A DNA stretch of 19,664 nucleotides from Leptolyngbyaceae cyanobacterium (GTDB taxonomy: Bacteria > Cyanobacteriota > Cyanobacteriia > Phormidesmidales > Phormidesmidaceae), in the NCBI GenBank assembly GCA_965263355.1, contig CBDHHL010000012.1:1-19664 (forward strand), written 5' to 3'. A program made the position numbers and the translations under genes. This document shows positions 1-8,909 of this stretch, one piece after another (the stretch's first letter is position 1; every line of letters begins with the position of its first letter). The notes beneath the pieces are model-generated. The model made no database searches. It was not told where the DNA came from and was given only the letters and a program-made list of their open reading frames with translations.

Positions 1-295
1 GGGGATCGGCTGCTTTGCTTCGGCTGCTGGCCTGTATCCGAGCATTCCCAGCGCTAATTGAAGCTTGATAAACAGCCCCTTTGGTTGGGCTGAAATTTTG
101 TGGATCTGTCGTTCGTCGAGGGATCGTAATTGTCCCCCCGCTTTGGGTCTGCAAAGTATATCCGTCTCGGCTAGAACTAATCAGCTTGCCACGGATGACA
201 GATGCTTGAGGCGAATCTGCAGCAATATCTTCCCGTTCAGCTCGTTGCTCAGAACGGATGCGGTTTGCAATAGCGAGTCGAGAGGATACGTTCAT
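1..295 (-). CDS. Minor tail/virion protein, N-terminal part only (runs off the left edge; not in the ORF track)
   Basis: ATG at 295-293 overlaps the TAA of the upstream gene (TAATG). The frame stays open to base 1: MNVSSRLAIANRIRSEQRAEREDIAADSPQASVIRGKLISSSRDGYTLQTQSGGTITIPRR... Function inferred from position in the tail operon. Confidence 0.75.
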   Translation of the reverse strand, partial: MNVSSRLAIANRIRSEQRAEREDIAADSPQASVIRGKLISSSRDGYTLQTQSGGTITIPRRTTDPQNFSPTKGAVYQASISAGNARIQASSRSKAADP

Positions 296-738
296 TAACT
301 ATCAGAAATGTTTACGGTTGCGCCTTCAGCGCCAAGTGTCAACTTAACTGTGAATGGATAAGCGACCCCATCGCTGGCCGTTTCGTCGGCGGCCCACTGA
401 TATGTCCCCCATATGTAGTCAGTACCATTGTTTATCGTAACGGTGGCTTGCCTCCAGGTTAAATTGCCCCCTGACGGCGTTAGGTTGGCGACAGAAAAAG
501 TCGACTCAACCCGACTATCCGTAGCATCCCAACTAGAAGAGCTGTAAGTGAGAGCGACACCCCCCGCAGGGTAGCCACTCCCAGAAAGCTCATTTGTTGA
601 GACATCCCCAATAACACTGGTAGCTGACAGGCCAGTCCCAGTGTTTAGCCTTAGTCTGATTGTCGCGCTAGACAACGCGTCATCCATGAGCTGAACAGCG
701 CCCGCTTGATTAAGAATGAAAGATGTTGGATTTGCCAT
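295..738 (-). CDS. Minor tail / tail-fibre-associated structural protein (147 aa)
   Basis: Ser/Thr/Gly-rich, beta-type composition, with the motif NELSGSGYPAGGVAL seen in siphovirus minor tail proteins. Lies 3 nt after the upstream stop. Confidence 0.7.
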   Translation of the reverse strand: MANPTSFILNQAGAVQLMDDALSSATIRLRLNTGTGLSATSVIGDVSTNELSGSGYPAGGVALTYSSSSWDATDSRVESTFSVANLTPSGGNLTWRQATVTINNGTDYIWGTYQWAADETASDGVAYPFTVKLTLGAEGATVNISDS

Positions 739-741
739 TTT

Positions 742-1059
742 TTAACCTAAAACTATACAACTAACTTTTTGGACGTTCGGGCTCGCACCCGCACCCCCGC
801 TTGACTCTCGCCAAACTCGAAATGTTGTTGAGCTTATCGACTGAGCGCCATGAGCATAGTTTAACGAAGCGCCAGACGATGGATCTGCATTAGCAAAGCA
901 CGGATAATCAGCCGAGGCTTGAGCCGAATCTAGGGTGATTAACCATCGACCTGTTGCCTCCCTGGCAATTCCTCCTGAGCTGATGCCATCTAAAAACAAC
1001 TCAGTGATGGTTGATCCATCGTCAGTAAATACGCAGGATGCTACTGCTGTTGTCGCCAT
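742..1059 (-). CDS. Stand-alone tail-tip domain protein (105 aa), paralog of the C-terminal domain of the 885-aa protein
   Basis: Likely start is ATG 1059 (MATTAV), just after the TAA at 1064-1062. It aligns without gaps to the last ~104 aa of 1062..3719 (VFTDDG.TITELFLDG...REATGRWL.TL...HGAQSIS.TT.RVWRESS). The pattern resembles phage fibre C-terminal (H-type-lectin-like) domains. Confidence 0.8.
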   Translation of the reverse strand: MATTAVASCVFTDDGSTITELFLDGISSGGIAREATGRWLITLDSAQASADYPCFANADPSSGASLNYAHGAQSISSTTFRVWRESSGGAGASPNVQKVSCIVLG

Positions 1060-1061
1060 AA

Positions 1062-3719
1062 TTACCCCCAAACTGCAAAGCTAACTTTTTGAATATTTGG
1101 ATTTGCCCCTGCGCCTGAGCTTGACTCTCTCCAAACTCTCAATGTTGTTGTGCTAATCGACTGCGCGCCATGAGAGTAATTAATAGAGGCCCCTGATGAT
1201 GGATCAGCGCTCGCGATCGCGGCAAAATCGGCTGATGGCATTGCCGATGCCAAAGTAACTAGCCATCGTCCCGTTGCTTCCCTCACGATGCCACCAGCGT
1301 TAACCCCGTCCAGGAATAGTTCAGTGATTGTAGTGCCATCGTCAGTAAATACGCCTGACGCAATAGCAGATAGACCAGCGCCACTACTGCCGCTTGTCAT
1401 TGCGCCTCCAGCGACAGCACCCCCCGCCAAGCTAGCCGCTCCACCGAACAAGGCACCCCCGGCTAAAGCACCTCCAACCAGTTCAGTATTACCCGACCTC
1501 ATTGATCCGCCGACTAAAACGCCTCCAACGACTAAAGCAGATGGGCTCCCCCCACTCACCATAGTTGCCCCAGCAACAACCCCACCAATTAGCTTAGCCG
1601 AAGGATCAGGCCCACTATCAAGCACTGCCCCAGCGACAGACCCTCCAACTAATATGGCTGGATCTTGAACCCCACTCACCATAGTTGCCCCAGCAACAAC
1701 CCCACCAATGGCGATTGCAAATTGTTGCGCAGTGATCGCCTTATTCACCACGTCAGGAGTCACCCCAACCTCCCCGATTAGTCCAAGGTTGCAGCCCCAT
1801 AGTGTCTCTTCAGTATTGCCAATAATGCTAAATCCGTTTAGGAAGTAAGCCGATGTCACGTTATCGATAGTCACATCGATCCGCATCCCTGGGCTAAAAC
1901 TACTAAACAATTCGCTTGGGACAGCGCCCACAAACGAGTAACCCAAACTCAGCCCATGCTGCCAATTGGCAAACGTTTCGGCCAGGGATGCGCATTGCTG
2001 GTCAGACACAATAACTGGGGCATTGATTTTCAAAAACTTAGGAGGCTGCTTAAATGCATTGCCAGCCAGTGGCGTAATTTGGACCGTGCCTTCAAATAAC
2101 GTGTCGTCCTGTTCGTATAAAGACTCCTGATAAATTGTTTCGGGAGGAGCGGTTGATCCATCAGACGCACGGATAGTAAATGTCTCGTTAGGGTCAGGAT
2201 CGACAACTAGCGTCTCTGGATTACTGCCTAAATAGTCAGGAAAAACTATGCCCCTAGGTCGTCTTGTAATCTGATCGATCTCCCAGGTTTCGAGCTGAGG
2301 ATCTCCGGTCACGCTAAGCCGCTGCGTCCAAGTAGTTGTGCGTGTTAGATAATCTCGCTCTACAAAACGATTGTTTTCGTAAAACGAAGGGAAGGCGCTG
2401 TTAAACCCAAACAGGCAATAAGGTCGTCTTTCAGTGTGGGTAATTTTTTTGACTAAATTTGTTACGTTGTCATACTCGTATTCGGTCGTGAAATTGGCAT
2501 CGTCATCAATCAGTGTTAAAGCTGAATTGCCCTCGACTTCTCGGTATGCGTCGCCCCCGGCAAGCCCTCTCGCTTTCCGCCCCGTGCTAGTAGTGCTAGT
2601 CAGCACTCCAGTAATTCCGTTAAAACGATGAGTGACGTTCTTGGTTTGAGCACTCCGCAAAGACGTAGACGTGTTGTTGGAGAGCGCTGTCACTGTTGTC
2701 AGCCCGCCCGACGAGCCCGTAGTAGCAATTCTTGGCCGAATCTGCAGCTCGGCTTGACTCTCGACGTAACTGATTGTTGTTTGTGGTGCCCCCAGCTGCG
2801 TATCAATTTCTGTGGTTTCAGTGCTGGTTAGGGCTGTATATTCGTCAGGCTGGCCTTCATTGACCAACACAGTTCTAGTTATTATTCGTGGGTTCTCCCT
2901 CTCTTTGGCAAGCCCCCCACCCCCAATGACGGTCAACTCTCCCGGTGGCCGTTCGTCAAAATTCCTGGGCTCCCAACCGTTTATTCCCACCTCATCTTGA
3001 CCTATGGTCAATTCGATAACAGGGGCAGATTGATTAAAATCTATTGGAGTTAGTCGCAACGATTCTGTGCCATCCAACCAAGCAAAATAACCATTGCAGG
3101 CCGCTATCTCTCCAATCTGGTCTGGCCATGGGCGAGTGTCTGTTTTCTGGACAGGCACTGAGATATTCCATCCAGTGCTGATGATATCGCCTGACGTTGG
3201 TAGGCCTGCTCTGGTAGCGATGCTGTTGATTAGAGTATGAGGCGCTGTGCTGCTGCCTAGAGTTATGTGTGGAGTGCTGTCCTCAGGAGTTTGTAGGCTG
3301 CCTATGAGTTGAGAGATGTCGCCTAATTGCAGCGTGATGTCGTCGAGGGCGAGGCTTTCTGGGTCAGGCGTTCGCAAAATATAAAACGGTGGCCAACTTT
3401 GGTCTGGGCCTGCGCCAATATCTAGCTGCAAATTTACTCGGTTCCCTATCGCTAGCATTGACGCGCCTGTCGGTGAAGCTGAAGTATCTCGATTGTCAAG
3501 GCTGAGATTAAGGCCGATCTGAGAAGGCTTTAGTGCAACCTGAGCTGTCCAAGAAATCCAGCTGTTTGGGCTGTTTCGCACACTGATTTCAGGGAAATTT
3601 ATCTCGACATCTCTAACCGCGTCGGAGAAGTCGTGAGGGCCACTAATGGCGTTTTTGGCGCTGTCTAGAACAGTAACTTCACAGCTCCAATCCTTAGCAG
3701 TAGCGTTGATGGTGGTCAT
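1062..3719 (-). CDS. Tail tip / baseplate hub protein with Gly-rich repeat linker and C-terminal putative receptor-binding domain (885 aa)
   Basis: Second gene after the tape measure (the Tal/hub position). Hub-like segment WPDQIGEIAACNGYFAWLDGTESLRL; six GGxxAG-type repeats; terminal fibre-like domain; ATGA overlap with the upstream gene. Confidence 0.75.
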   Translation of the reverse strand: MTTINATAKDWSCEVTVLDSAKNAISGPHDFSDAVRDVEINFPEISVRNSPNSWISWTAQVALKPSQIGLNLSLDNRDTSASPTGASMLAIGNRVNLQLDIGAGPDQSWPPFYILRTPDPESLALDDITLQLGDISQLIGSLQTPEDSTPHITLGSSTAPHTLINSIATRAGLPTSGDIISTGWNISVPVQKTDTRPWPDQIGEIAACNGYFAWLDGTESLRLTPIDFNQSAPVIELTIGQDEVGINGWEPRNFDERPPGELTVIGGGGLAKERENPRIITRTVLVNEGQPDEYTALTSTETTEIDTQLGAPQTTISYVESQAELQIRPRIATTGSSGGLTTVTALSNNTSTSLRSAQTKNVTHRFNGITGVLTSTTSTGRKARGLAGGDAYREVEGNSALTLIDDDANFTTEYEYDNVTNLVKKITHTERRPYCLFGFNSAFPSFYENNRFVERDYLTRTTTWTQRLSVTGDPQLETWEIDQITRRPRGIVFPDYLGSNPETLVVDPDPNETFTIRASDGSTAPPETIYQESLYEQDDTLFEGTVQITPLAGNAFKQPPKFLKINAPVIVSDQQCASLAETFANWQHGLSLGYSFVGAVPSELFSSFSPGMRIDVTIDNVTSAYFLNGFSIIGNTEETLWGCNLGLIGEVGVTPDVVNKAITAQQFAIAIGGVVAGATMVSGVQDPAILVGGSVAGAVLDSGPDPSAKLIGGVVAGATMVSGGSPSALVVGGVLVGGSMRSGNTELVGGALAGGALFGGAASLAGGAVAGGAMTSGSSGAGLSAIASGVFTDDGTTITELFLDGVNAGGIVREATGRWLVTLASAMPSADFAAIASADPSSGASINYSHGAQSISTTTLRVWRESSSGAGANPNIQKVSFAVWG
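1550..1709. repeat. Perfect 40-bp direct repeat (1550-1589 and 1670-1709) encoding IGGVVAGATMVSG twice
   Basis: ccccactcaccatagttgccccagcaacaaccccaccaat occurs twice, 120 bp apart, within a series of six degenerate 17-20 aa repeats. Confidence 0.95.
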
Positions 3720-4204
3720 ACGCTCACCACCTCCGTCTCTGTGAACTGAAACGACACAACATCAAACCCAGCCACCTGCTCTACAAACTCAAATGCTTGT
3801 GTTGGCTCAGCCCGCCATTGCGGATAATACAAAATAGTTGTTCCATCACTAGCGGCTGTACTATTGGGGGCTAATGCGCGAGTGTTTGTGTTTCCACTCT
3901 CAAACCAATAGTTTGTGTAGTCGTACAGGGTCCATGGCCCGCGAGCGCCCCAATAAGCAGCCTCCATTCTTCTCAGGGTTTCTTGCTGATCAAGACTCAG
4001 CCTTGCCTCAAATGTCCAAATTGCTGTGGGCTGTGTTAACGGGCCTCGTCGTGCAGCGCTCCCTTTAATACTGCGTTCAATCGTCGTGTAATTTGCTTCC
4101 AGCCGGGGATATCGCCCTGGACGTCGACCAAAAACAGTGAGCGTCAGCGTGTAGCTGCCAAAAATAAGGACGATGCCTGACGCTGTTGTTGTAGGGGCTG
4201 CCAT
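3716..4204 (-). CDS. Distal tail (Dit-like) protein (162 aa)
   Basis: Immediately follows the tape measure gene with a TAATG overlap; size and beta-rich pattern fit Dit/gpM-position proteins. Inferred from synteny. Confidence 0.6.
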   Translation of the reverse strand: MAAPTTTASGIVLIFGSYTLTLTVFGRRPGRYPRLEANYTTIERSIKGSAARRGPLTQPTAIWTFEARLSLDQQETLRRMEAAYWGARGPWTLYDYTNYWFESGNTNTRALAPNSTAASDGTTILYYPQWRAEPTQAFEFVEQVAGFDVVSFQFTETEVVSV

Positions 4205-7200
4205 TACTCAATCCCCCTCGCAATACGTCGTTGTCGATTGATTTGCGCGGCCACTTGCGCAGCGTCTGCCACCGGATCAGGAGTTGAAACGGTTAGGCTT
4301 TCTATGCCTGCTGGGCTATTCTCAATGGCTTCTTTTATCTCTGTTAGGCCATTGGCTAGCCTTTCTATTTGACTGTCTGCGATTGCAATTTCTTGCTGTG
4401 AATCCAATAGCGAACTAACTCCCCCCAAGCCAACTTGATCAAGGATGCCTGCCGCAAACGGATTGTTTGCATTATTCTCTGCGAATCTAAAAGCCTCCTC
4501 AATGCTGAATTCATCGCCACTACGGCCAAATCTTTGGGCTTGGTCGATAGCACTCTGCAGCTGGCCGAATTGATCGGCATCTAATGCGCCAGCTCTCCTG
4601 GCAGTTCGAGCATTTTCTTCTAATTGATCAAGGCTCCCCAGCGCATCGTCAGATGAGATGTCAGACAATCCAGCTAATGCCGACACAATGTTAGAAGTCG
4701 CCCGCTCTCGTCGTTCCGTCTCACTGGCAATATCTTTTTCTATCTGTAACTGCTCGTCAGCTAGATTTTTTTGTTGCTCCCTAAATGCCTGAATTGCTTG
4801 TTCTCGCCTCTCCTGAGTCGCCCGCTGGTTGGCTAGCTCTTGATCAGCGTCTAGTTGTTCAAACTGAATAGATAAGATATCTTTTTTGGATTGCGCTTGA
4901 CTTTGTAACGCCTCGGTTTCTTGCTCTCTCAGGCTCGCTATCTGCTGCAATGCCTGAATCTCATCAGCACTAGCGCCCTCTGCCCTAGCACGCTCAACCG
5001 CTATCCTGGCCTCAGCTTCCGCAATCTCTCCTAGTCTGAGCTGCCGATCTGCGTCTAGCTGGGTTAGCTGCTGCTGAATCTGTAGCTGTTGACGGCGGGC
5101 GTTGAATTCTGCTTGTATCGACCGCCGCTGGTTAAGAAGCAGCCGATCTCTTATTTCCTCAACGGCCACAACGTCTTCAGCTGCTTCCGCTTCAGCTAAT
5201 TTTCCTTCGAGCGTTTGACGGGAAAGTGACAGGCGAGATTGCTCTAAGGAAACCTGAGCGCCTATCAGGTTGGCCTGGTCTTGGAGCGCAGTTGACGCGA
5301 TTCCAGACTGAATAGAAACCTGCTGTGCTTGCAGGTCGTTTAGCCGTTGTTGCGCATCCAGTTGCTCTAACGCGGCTTTTTTGGCTGCCTCTGCTTTTTT
5401 CTCGGCTGCCTCTCTAGCCGCATCTTGCGCATCAATTTCACTTTCAATGCTTTCCAGTGTCAGGTCTGCTATCTCCTCCCTGGCTGCCCTAATCTGATCC
5501 GTAGCGTCTTTTTCAGAGATGACCTGCCGACTAGCGAAGTCTTCAATTTTCGCTATTTCATCCTCACGCAGTTGGATTCTCTCCCGAATTGCATCAGATT
5601 CGATCTCACTGACCTGTGCGTCTGCCTGCTCCTCAGAAATATTGCCATCCGCTTGATTCTGCCGTACAGCAGCAATGCGGTTTTGTTGGGCAATGTCAAT
5701 ATTGGCCAGGGCTTCTTTTTGGGCTTCTTCAAATTCCTTGGCGGCCTTTTTATCTTCCCGAGATCTGGCCTGCGCTGCCGCCTTGGCAGCTTGAATAGAA
5801 TCGGCGGTTATTTGTTCATTGCTGCTTCTCGCAGCTCTTACAAATTTATCCAGCTCATCTTGCTGTGGAACCGCGTTAGATATATCAATTTCGGGGGCGG
5901 CTAAAGCTTCCTGGCCCCCAAAAAAGCTATCAAACGCCGTCTTTGCAGTCCCAATGACTGGGCCAAATCTGCCAACATTTTCAACCGCATTCCGCAAACC
6001 TGGGACGGAGCCAGATACTCGCTCGACGCCATCAGCGATTGAGCCAAGCCCATCAACAACGTTACTGGCTACAGATACTATCGCCTGCAGTGCATCAGCC
6101 AAGACTCCCAGCCCTGAGGCAACTGCTTCAGTGTCAACAAGTGACGAGTAAGTTGATCCTACCAATATCAAGGCATCGGCTACAGCTATGCCAATTTCTA
6201 CTAAATTCCCCAGCGCTTCCCCTGATGTCTCAATTCCCTCCGCAAATGCTTCTATATTTTCAGGGTTCTCTAGTGCTTGGCCTATTCGGTCAAGAACCGT
6301 AGCAACAGCCGATGCGCCACTATCTGCTAAGCTCGCCAAAGCTTCCCCTAGTCGTTCTGTTAATTCTGGATTTGCACTTAAAGATTCAGCGAGTCGATCC
6401 CCAGCAGCACTCAAAATATCTAAAGCTTCTGAGCTATTGGCGGTTTCCTCTAATGTTGCGGTTAGTGTTTGGAGCCCAGCACCCAGCGCAGGCTCGAATG
6501 CTTTGAATAATTGCTCTTGAAACTGAGTGACCGTGTCCCCTAGGTTGGAGATTTGGCCAACGACCGTTCCTGACTGGGTTCCTAGTAGATCGAAGAATTT
6601 TCCGCCTTCTCCCGTGAGGCTAACAAATGCCTGCTCTAGCTCAGCAAATCCTATCTGGCCAGACTCAACCAGCTCGCGAACTTCAGATTCCGCCACTCCA
6701 AATTGAGCCGCGAACTCAGCAATAATCGGAACACCTCTCCCTGTTAGCTGATTGATGTCTTCTGCGAACAATCGACCCTGGACCCTGGCCTTTCCATATA
6801 TTTCAGCTAGTTCATCAAAGGGGACGTTAACGCCTGCCGCAACATTGCCTATAGCCTCTAACGTTGGGATTAATTCATTAGTATTAAATCCAAAAGCTAA
6901 AAGTTGCTGGCCAGCCGAACGAATGCCAGGCAAGTCAAATGGTGTGGTCGCAGCGAAGTTTGACAGATCCTGTAGGACCGATTGGGCTTCCTCGGCTGAG
7001 CCTAAAATCGTAGTCAAGGCTGACTCTGCAGACCGTGCAGCCCCTCCGACCTGGAGCGTCTCGGAGACGAACCCAACGACTGCTTCAGCAGCGCCCCCAA
7101 ACGCATCAACCAACCGGTCGACCACCGCAAAAGCAGCCCCAGCCGCAAGCCCAGACAAAGCAGAGCTAAAAGATTTTGTTTCGTTCTCAGCTTTTTTGGC

Positions 7201-7974
7201 CGCATCGGCAGTGCTGCCTAGTTCTCGCTGCAGCCTGCCTAACGTCGCAGCCGCGTCATCCCCGCTAAGCCCCTCCAATGTTCTATCTAGCTGGTTTAGC
7301 TGAGCCCTCGCATCTCCTGTATTGGCCTCTACTTTGATCCTGCGGGCTTCTAATTCATTGATCTTTGCTTCAAATTTAGCTGCTTCAGAATCAACATTGT
7401 CAATCGTCGCTTGCACTTTGACGCGACGTGACTCAAGTTTTTCGATCCGAGCGTTAACATCTATCAGCTCGCGCTGAGCTTCCTCCGATTCAACATCCAA
7501 CTCAAGCCGCACTGCATCACGAGTTAACGCCTTAAGCCGTTCGTCAACAGCTTGCACTTCAGCCGCTGCAGCCCGCGCATTAACATCGACCTGAATCCTT
7601 TTGTCTCGGAGCCCTTGGAGTTGTGAGTCAAGCCTAGCTAAGTCAGCGTCCCCACGGGCAACTTTGAGTTCAACGTCGATCCGTTGACGCTGCAACCCTT
7701 CAATAGCCTGCTCCAACGTCAGTAGCTCATCTTTAGCTGACTGAACAGAACGAGACAACTGCTGAGTATTTGCGCTGAAATTAAACTCAGGGATTTGGAT
7801 ATTCGAGAAAGCATCCTGAACAGTTCTAGCCGCTCTAGCTGCTGGGCCTGCATCAGGAATCTTTAGGTCAATATCGCCAATCCCAGCAAAGCGCTGCTCA
7901 AGCTGAGAGATAGCGCGATCTGCTGATGCGCGGTCAATCCCAACCTGAAAAATAACTCTGCCAGCGTTAACCAT
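4204..7974 (-). CDS. Tail tape measure protein (1256 aa)
   Basis: Long Ala/Glu/Gln-rich helical protein with a typical tape-measure domain (FAATTPFDLPGIRSAGQQLLAFGF...IYGKARVQGRLFAEDINQLTGRGVPI...QISNLGD), downstream of the frameshifted chaperone pair. Confidence 0.95.
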   Translation of the reverse strand: MVNAGRVIFQVGIDRASADRAISQLEQRFAGIGDIDLKIPDAGPAARAARTVQDAFSNIQIPEFNFSANTQQLSRSVQSAKDELLTLEQAIEGLQRQRIDVELKVARGDADLARLDSQLQGLRDKRIQVDVNARAAAAEVQAVDERLKALTRDAVRLELDVESEEAQRELIDVNARIEKLESRRVKVQATIDNVDSEAAKFEAKINELEARRIKVEANTGDARAQLNQLDRTLEGLSGDDAAATLGRLQRELGSTADAAKKAENETKSFSSALSGLAAGAAFAVVDRLVDAFGGAAEAVVGFVSETLQVGGAARSAESALTTILGSAEEAQSVLQDLSNFAATTPFDLPGIRSAGQQLLAFGFNTNELIPTLEAIGNVAAGVNVPFDELAEIYGKARVQGRLFAEDINQLTGRGVPIIAEFAAQFGVAESEVRELVESGQIGFAELEQAFVSLTGEGGKFFDLLGTQSGTVVGQISNLGDTVTQFQEQLFKAFEPALGAGLQTLTATLEETANSSEALDILSAAGDRLAESLSANPELTERLGEALASLADSGASAVATVLDRIGQALENPENIEAFAEGIETSGEALGNLVEIGIAVADALILVGSTYSSLVDTEAVASGLGVLADALQAIVSVASNVVDGLGSIADGVERVSGSVPGLRNAVENVGRFGPVIGTAKTAFDSFFGGQEALAAPEIDISNAVPQQDELDKFVRAARSSNEQITADSIQAAKAAAQARSREDKKAAKEFEEAQKEALANIDIAQQNRIAAVRQNQADGNISEEQADAQVSEIESDAIRERIQLREDEIAKIEDFASRQVISEKDATDQIRAAREEIADLTLESIESEIDAQDAAREAAEKKAEAAKKAALEQLDAQQRLNDLQAQQVSIQSGIASTALQDQANLIGAQVSLEQSRLSLSRQTLEGKLAEAEAAEDVVAVEEIRDRLLLNQRRSIQAEFNARRQQLQIQQQLTQLDADRQLRLGEIAEAEARIAVERARAEGASADEIQALQQIASLREQETEALQSQAQSKKDILSIQFEQLDADQELANQRATQERREQAIQAFREQQKNLADEQLQIEKDIASETERRERATSNIVSALAGLSDISSDDALGSLDQLEENARTARRAGALDADQFGQLQSAIDQAQRFGRSGDEFSIEEAFRFAENNANNPFAAGILDQVGLGGVSSLLDSQQEIAIADSQIERLANGLTEIKEAIENSPAGIESLTVSTPDPVADAAQVAAQINRQRRIARGIE

Positions 7975-8363
7975 TACTCAATTGCAGCTAATTTCATTTT
8001 GTCTAAATCAGTCATCTCATCCACCCAGGCAGGGATGATGGAGCCGTTATGCAGCTCAACATACTTTTTCGCTAACTCAGGGCTAAAGTATTTATTTGCC
8101 TCTCGTTTTCTCTGGATAAGCTCATACTCGTTAAACCAGGTAGATTCTGGTTTTTTAACTCCATGAAGTTTCGCTGTCACTACTCCTAAGTTCGCTAATG
8201 GCCTTGATTGATATTCCAAGGTTTTCAGTCGCTCTTCTTCATGAGCAGCTAAAGCATCTGCAACTATGTGGACTGGGCAACGTCCAAAGTTTTCTTGGCT
8301 GAATAGTTTGACCCCTGGGTAGTAGAGCTGGAGCTTCCAGAATATATCTCCCCAGTTGGGGTC
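7974..8363 (-). CDS. Tail assembly chaperone T-frame (C-terminal part of the GT fusion, reached by -1 frameshift)
   Basis: The frame of track ORF 7974..8219 is open upstream to 8363 (DPNWGDIFWKLQLYYPGVKLFSQENFGRCPVHIVADALAAHEEERLKTLEYQ...), starting exactly at the slippery site. Its TAA overlaps the tape measure ATG. Confidence 0.85.
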   Translation of the reverse strand, partial: DPNWGDIFWKLQLYYPGVKLFSQENFGRCPVHIVADALAAHEEERLKTLEYQSRPLANLGVVTAKLHGVKKPESTWFNEYELIQRKREANKYFSPELAKKYVELHNGSIIPAWVDEMTDLDKMKLAAIE

Positions 8364-8707
8364 TTTTTTTTGGCTGATTCCTCCTCTAATTCAACAATCT
8401 CTGGCTTGCCTTGAGCCCCGTAAAAAAACAAGTTAAACAACTTAGTCGTCAGGCCAACAGTAAGCTGAGCTGACACATCAGATTCACTAACCGATTCGTC
8501 AATAAGCCCCCTGAGCTTTAGCGAAAACATAACGTATCGCTTGGCTGCATCGACCGAAGAGATTGCGTGATCTTTCTTTAGTTCAGCCCACAGAACCGCT
8601 TCATCTACTAGTTGAGAGGGATATATCGGCACATCAAATGATGTCGCGTCATCAATCTCAATCTTGACGTACGTTGGTTTTAGCTTCCAGGGAATCGGCT
8701 TGGACAT
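8264..8707 (-). CDS. Tail assembly chaperone G (147 aa; likely start MSKPIPW)
   Basis: Sits between tail tube and tape measure genes. Contains GCC AAA AAA AAG followed by a low-complexity Ser/Thr tail, as in lambda gpG-type chaperones. Confidence 0.8.
   Translation of the reverse strand: MSKPIPWKLKPTYVKIEIDDATSFDVPIYPSQLVDEAVLWAELKKDHAISSVDAAKRYVMFSLKLRGLIDESVSESDVSAQLTVGLTTKLFNLFFYGAQGKPEIVELEEESAKKKTPTGEIYSGSSSSTTQGSNYSAKKTLDVAQST
8363..8369 (-). other. Programmed -1 ribosomal frameshift heptamer A AAA AAG
   Basis: X XXY YYZ pattern in the G frame; the -1 frame continues 129 codons to the tape measure start. Confidence 0.85.
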
Positions 8708-8909
8708 AAGGCAAAAAAATATCAGTGTGGATCTGGTCTGTTTCTTGAGGAATCTCAACCATTCCATGGATGGTTTGCTCTAAGCGATTCCATAGCTCTT
8801 GAGTAGTTCCTGGCATGGATTTGAGCCTCAGCCAAACAGCATTAGCCCAAATCCCGCCAGGTCGAACCTCACCAAGCACAAACACGTCACGGTTACTAAA
8901 AATCTTCAT
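8658..8909 (-). CDS. Hypothetical protein (83 aa) between the tail tube and chaperone genes
   Basis: ATG 8909 overlaps the tail tube TGA (TGATG). The 3' end overlaps the G gene by 50 nt. Confidence 0.6.
   Translation of the reverse strand: MKIFSNRDVFVLGEVRPGGIWANAVWLRLKSMPGTTQELWNRLEQTIHGMVEIPQETDQIHTDIFLPYVQADSLEAKTNVRQD

Noticed and set aside
742..1375. Diversity-generating retroelement TR/VR pair at the tail-tip duplication
   Set aside because: Differences involve all bases and are largely synonymous rather than adenine-specific, both copies are intact ORFs, and no reverse transcriptase is in the window.
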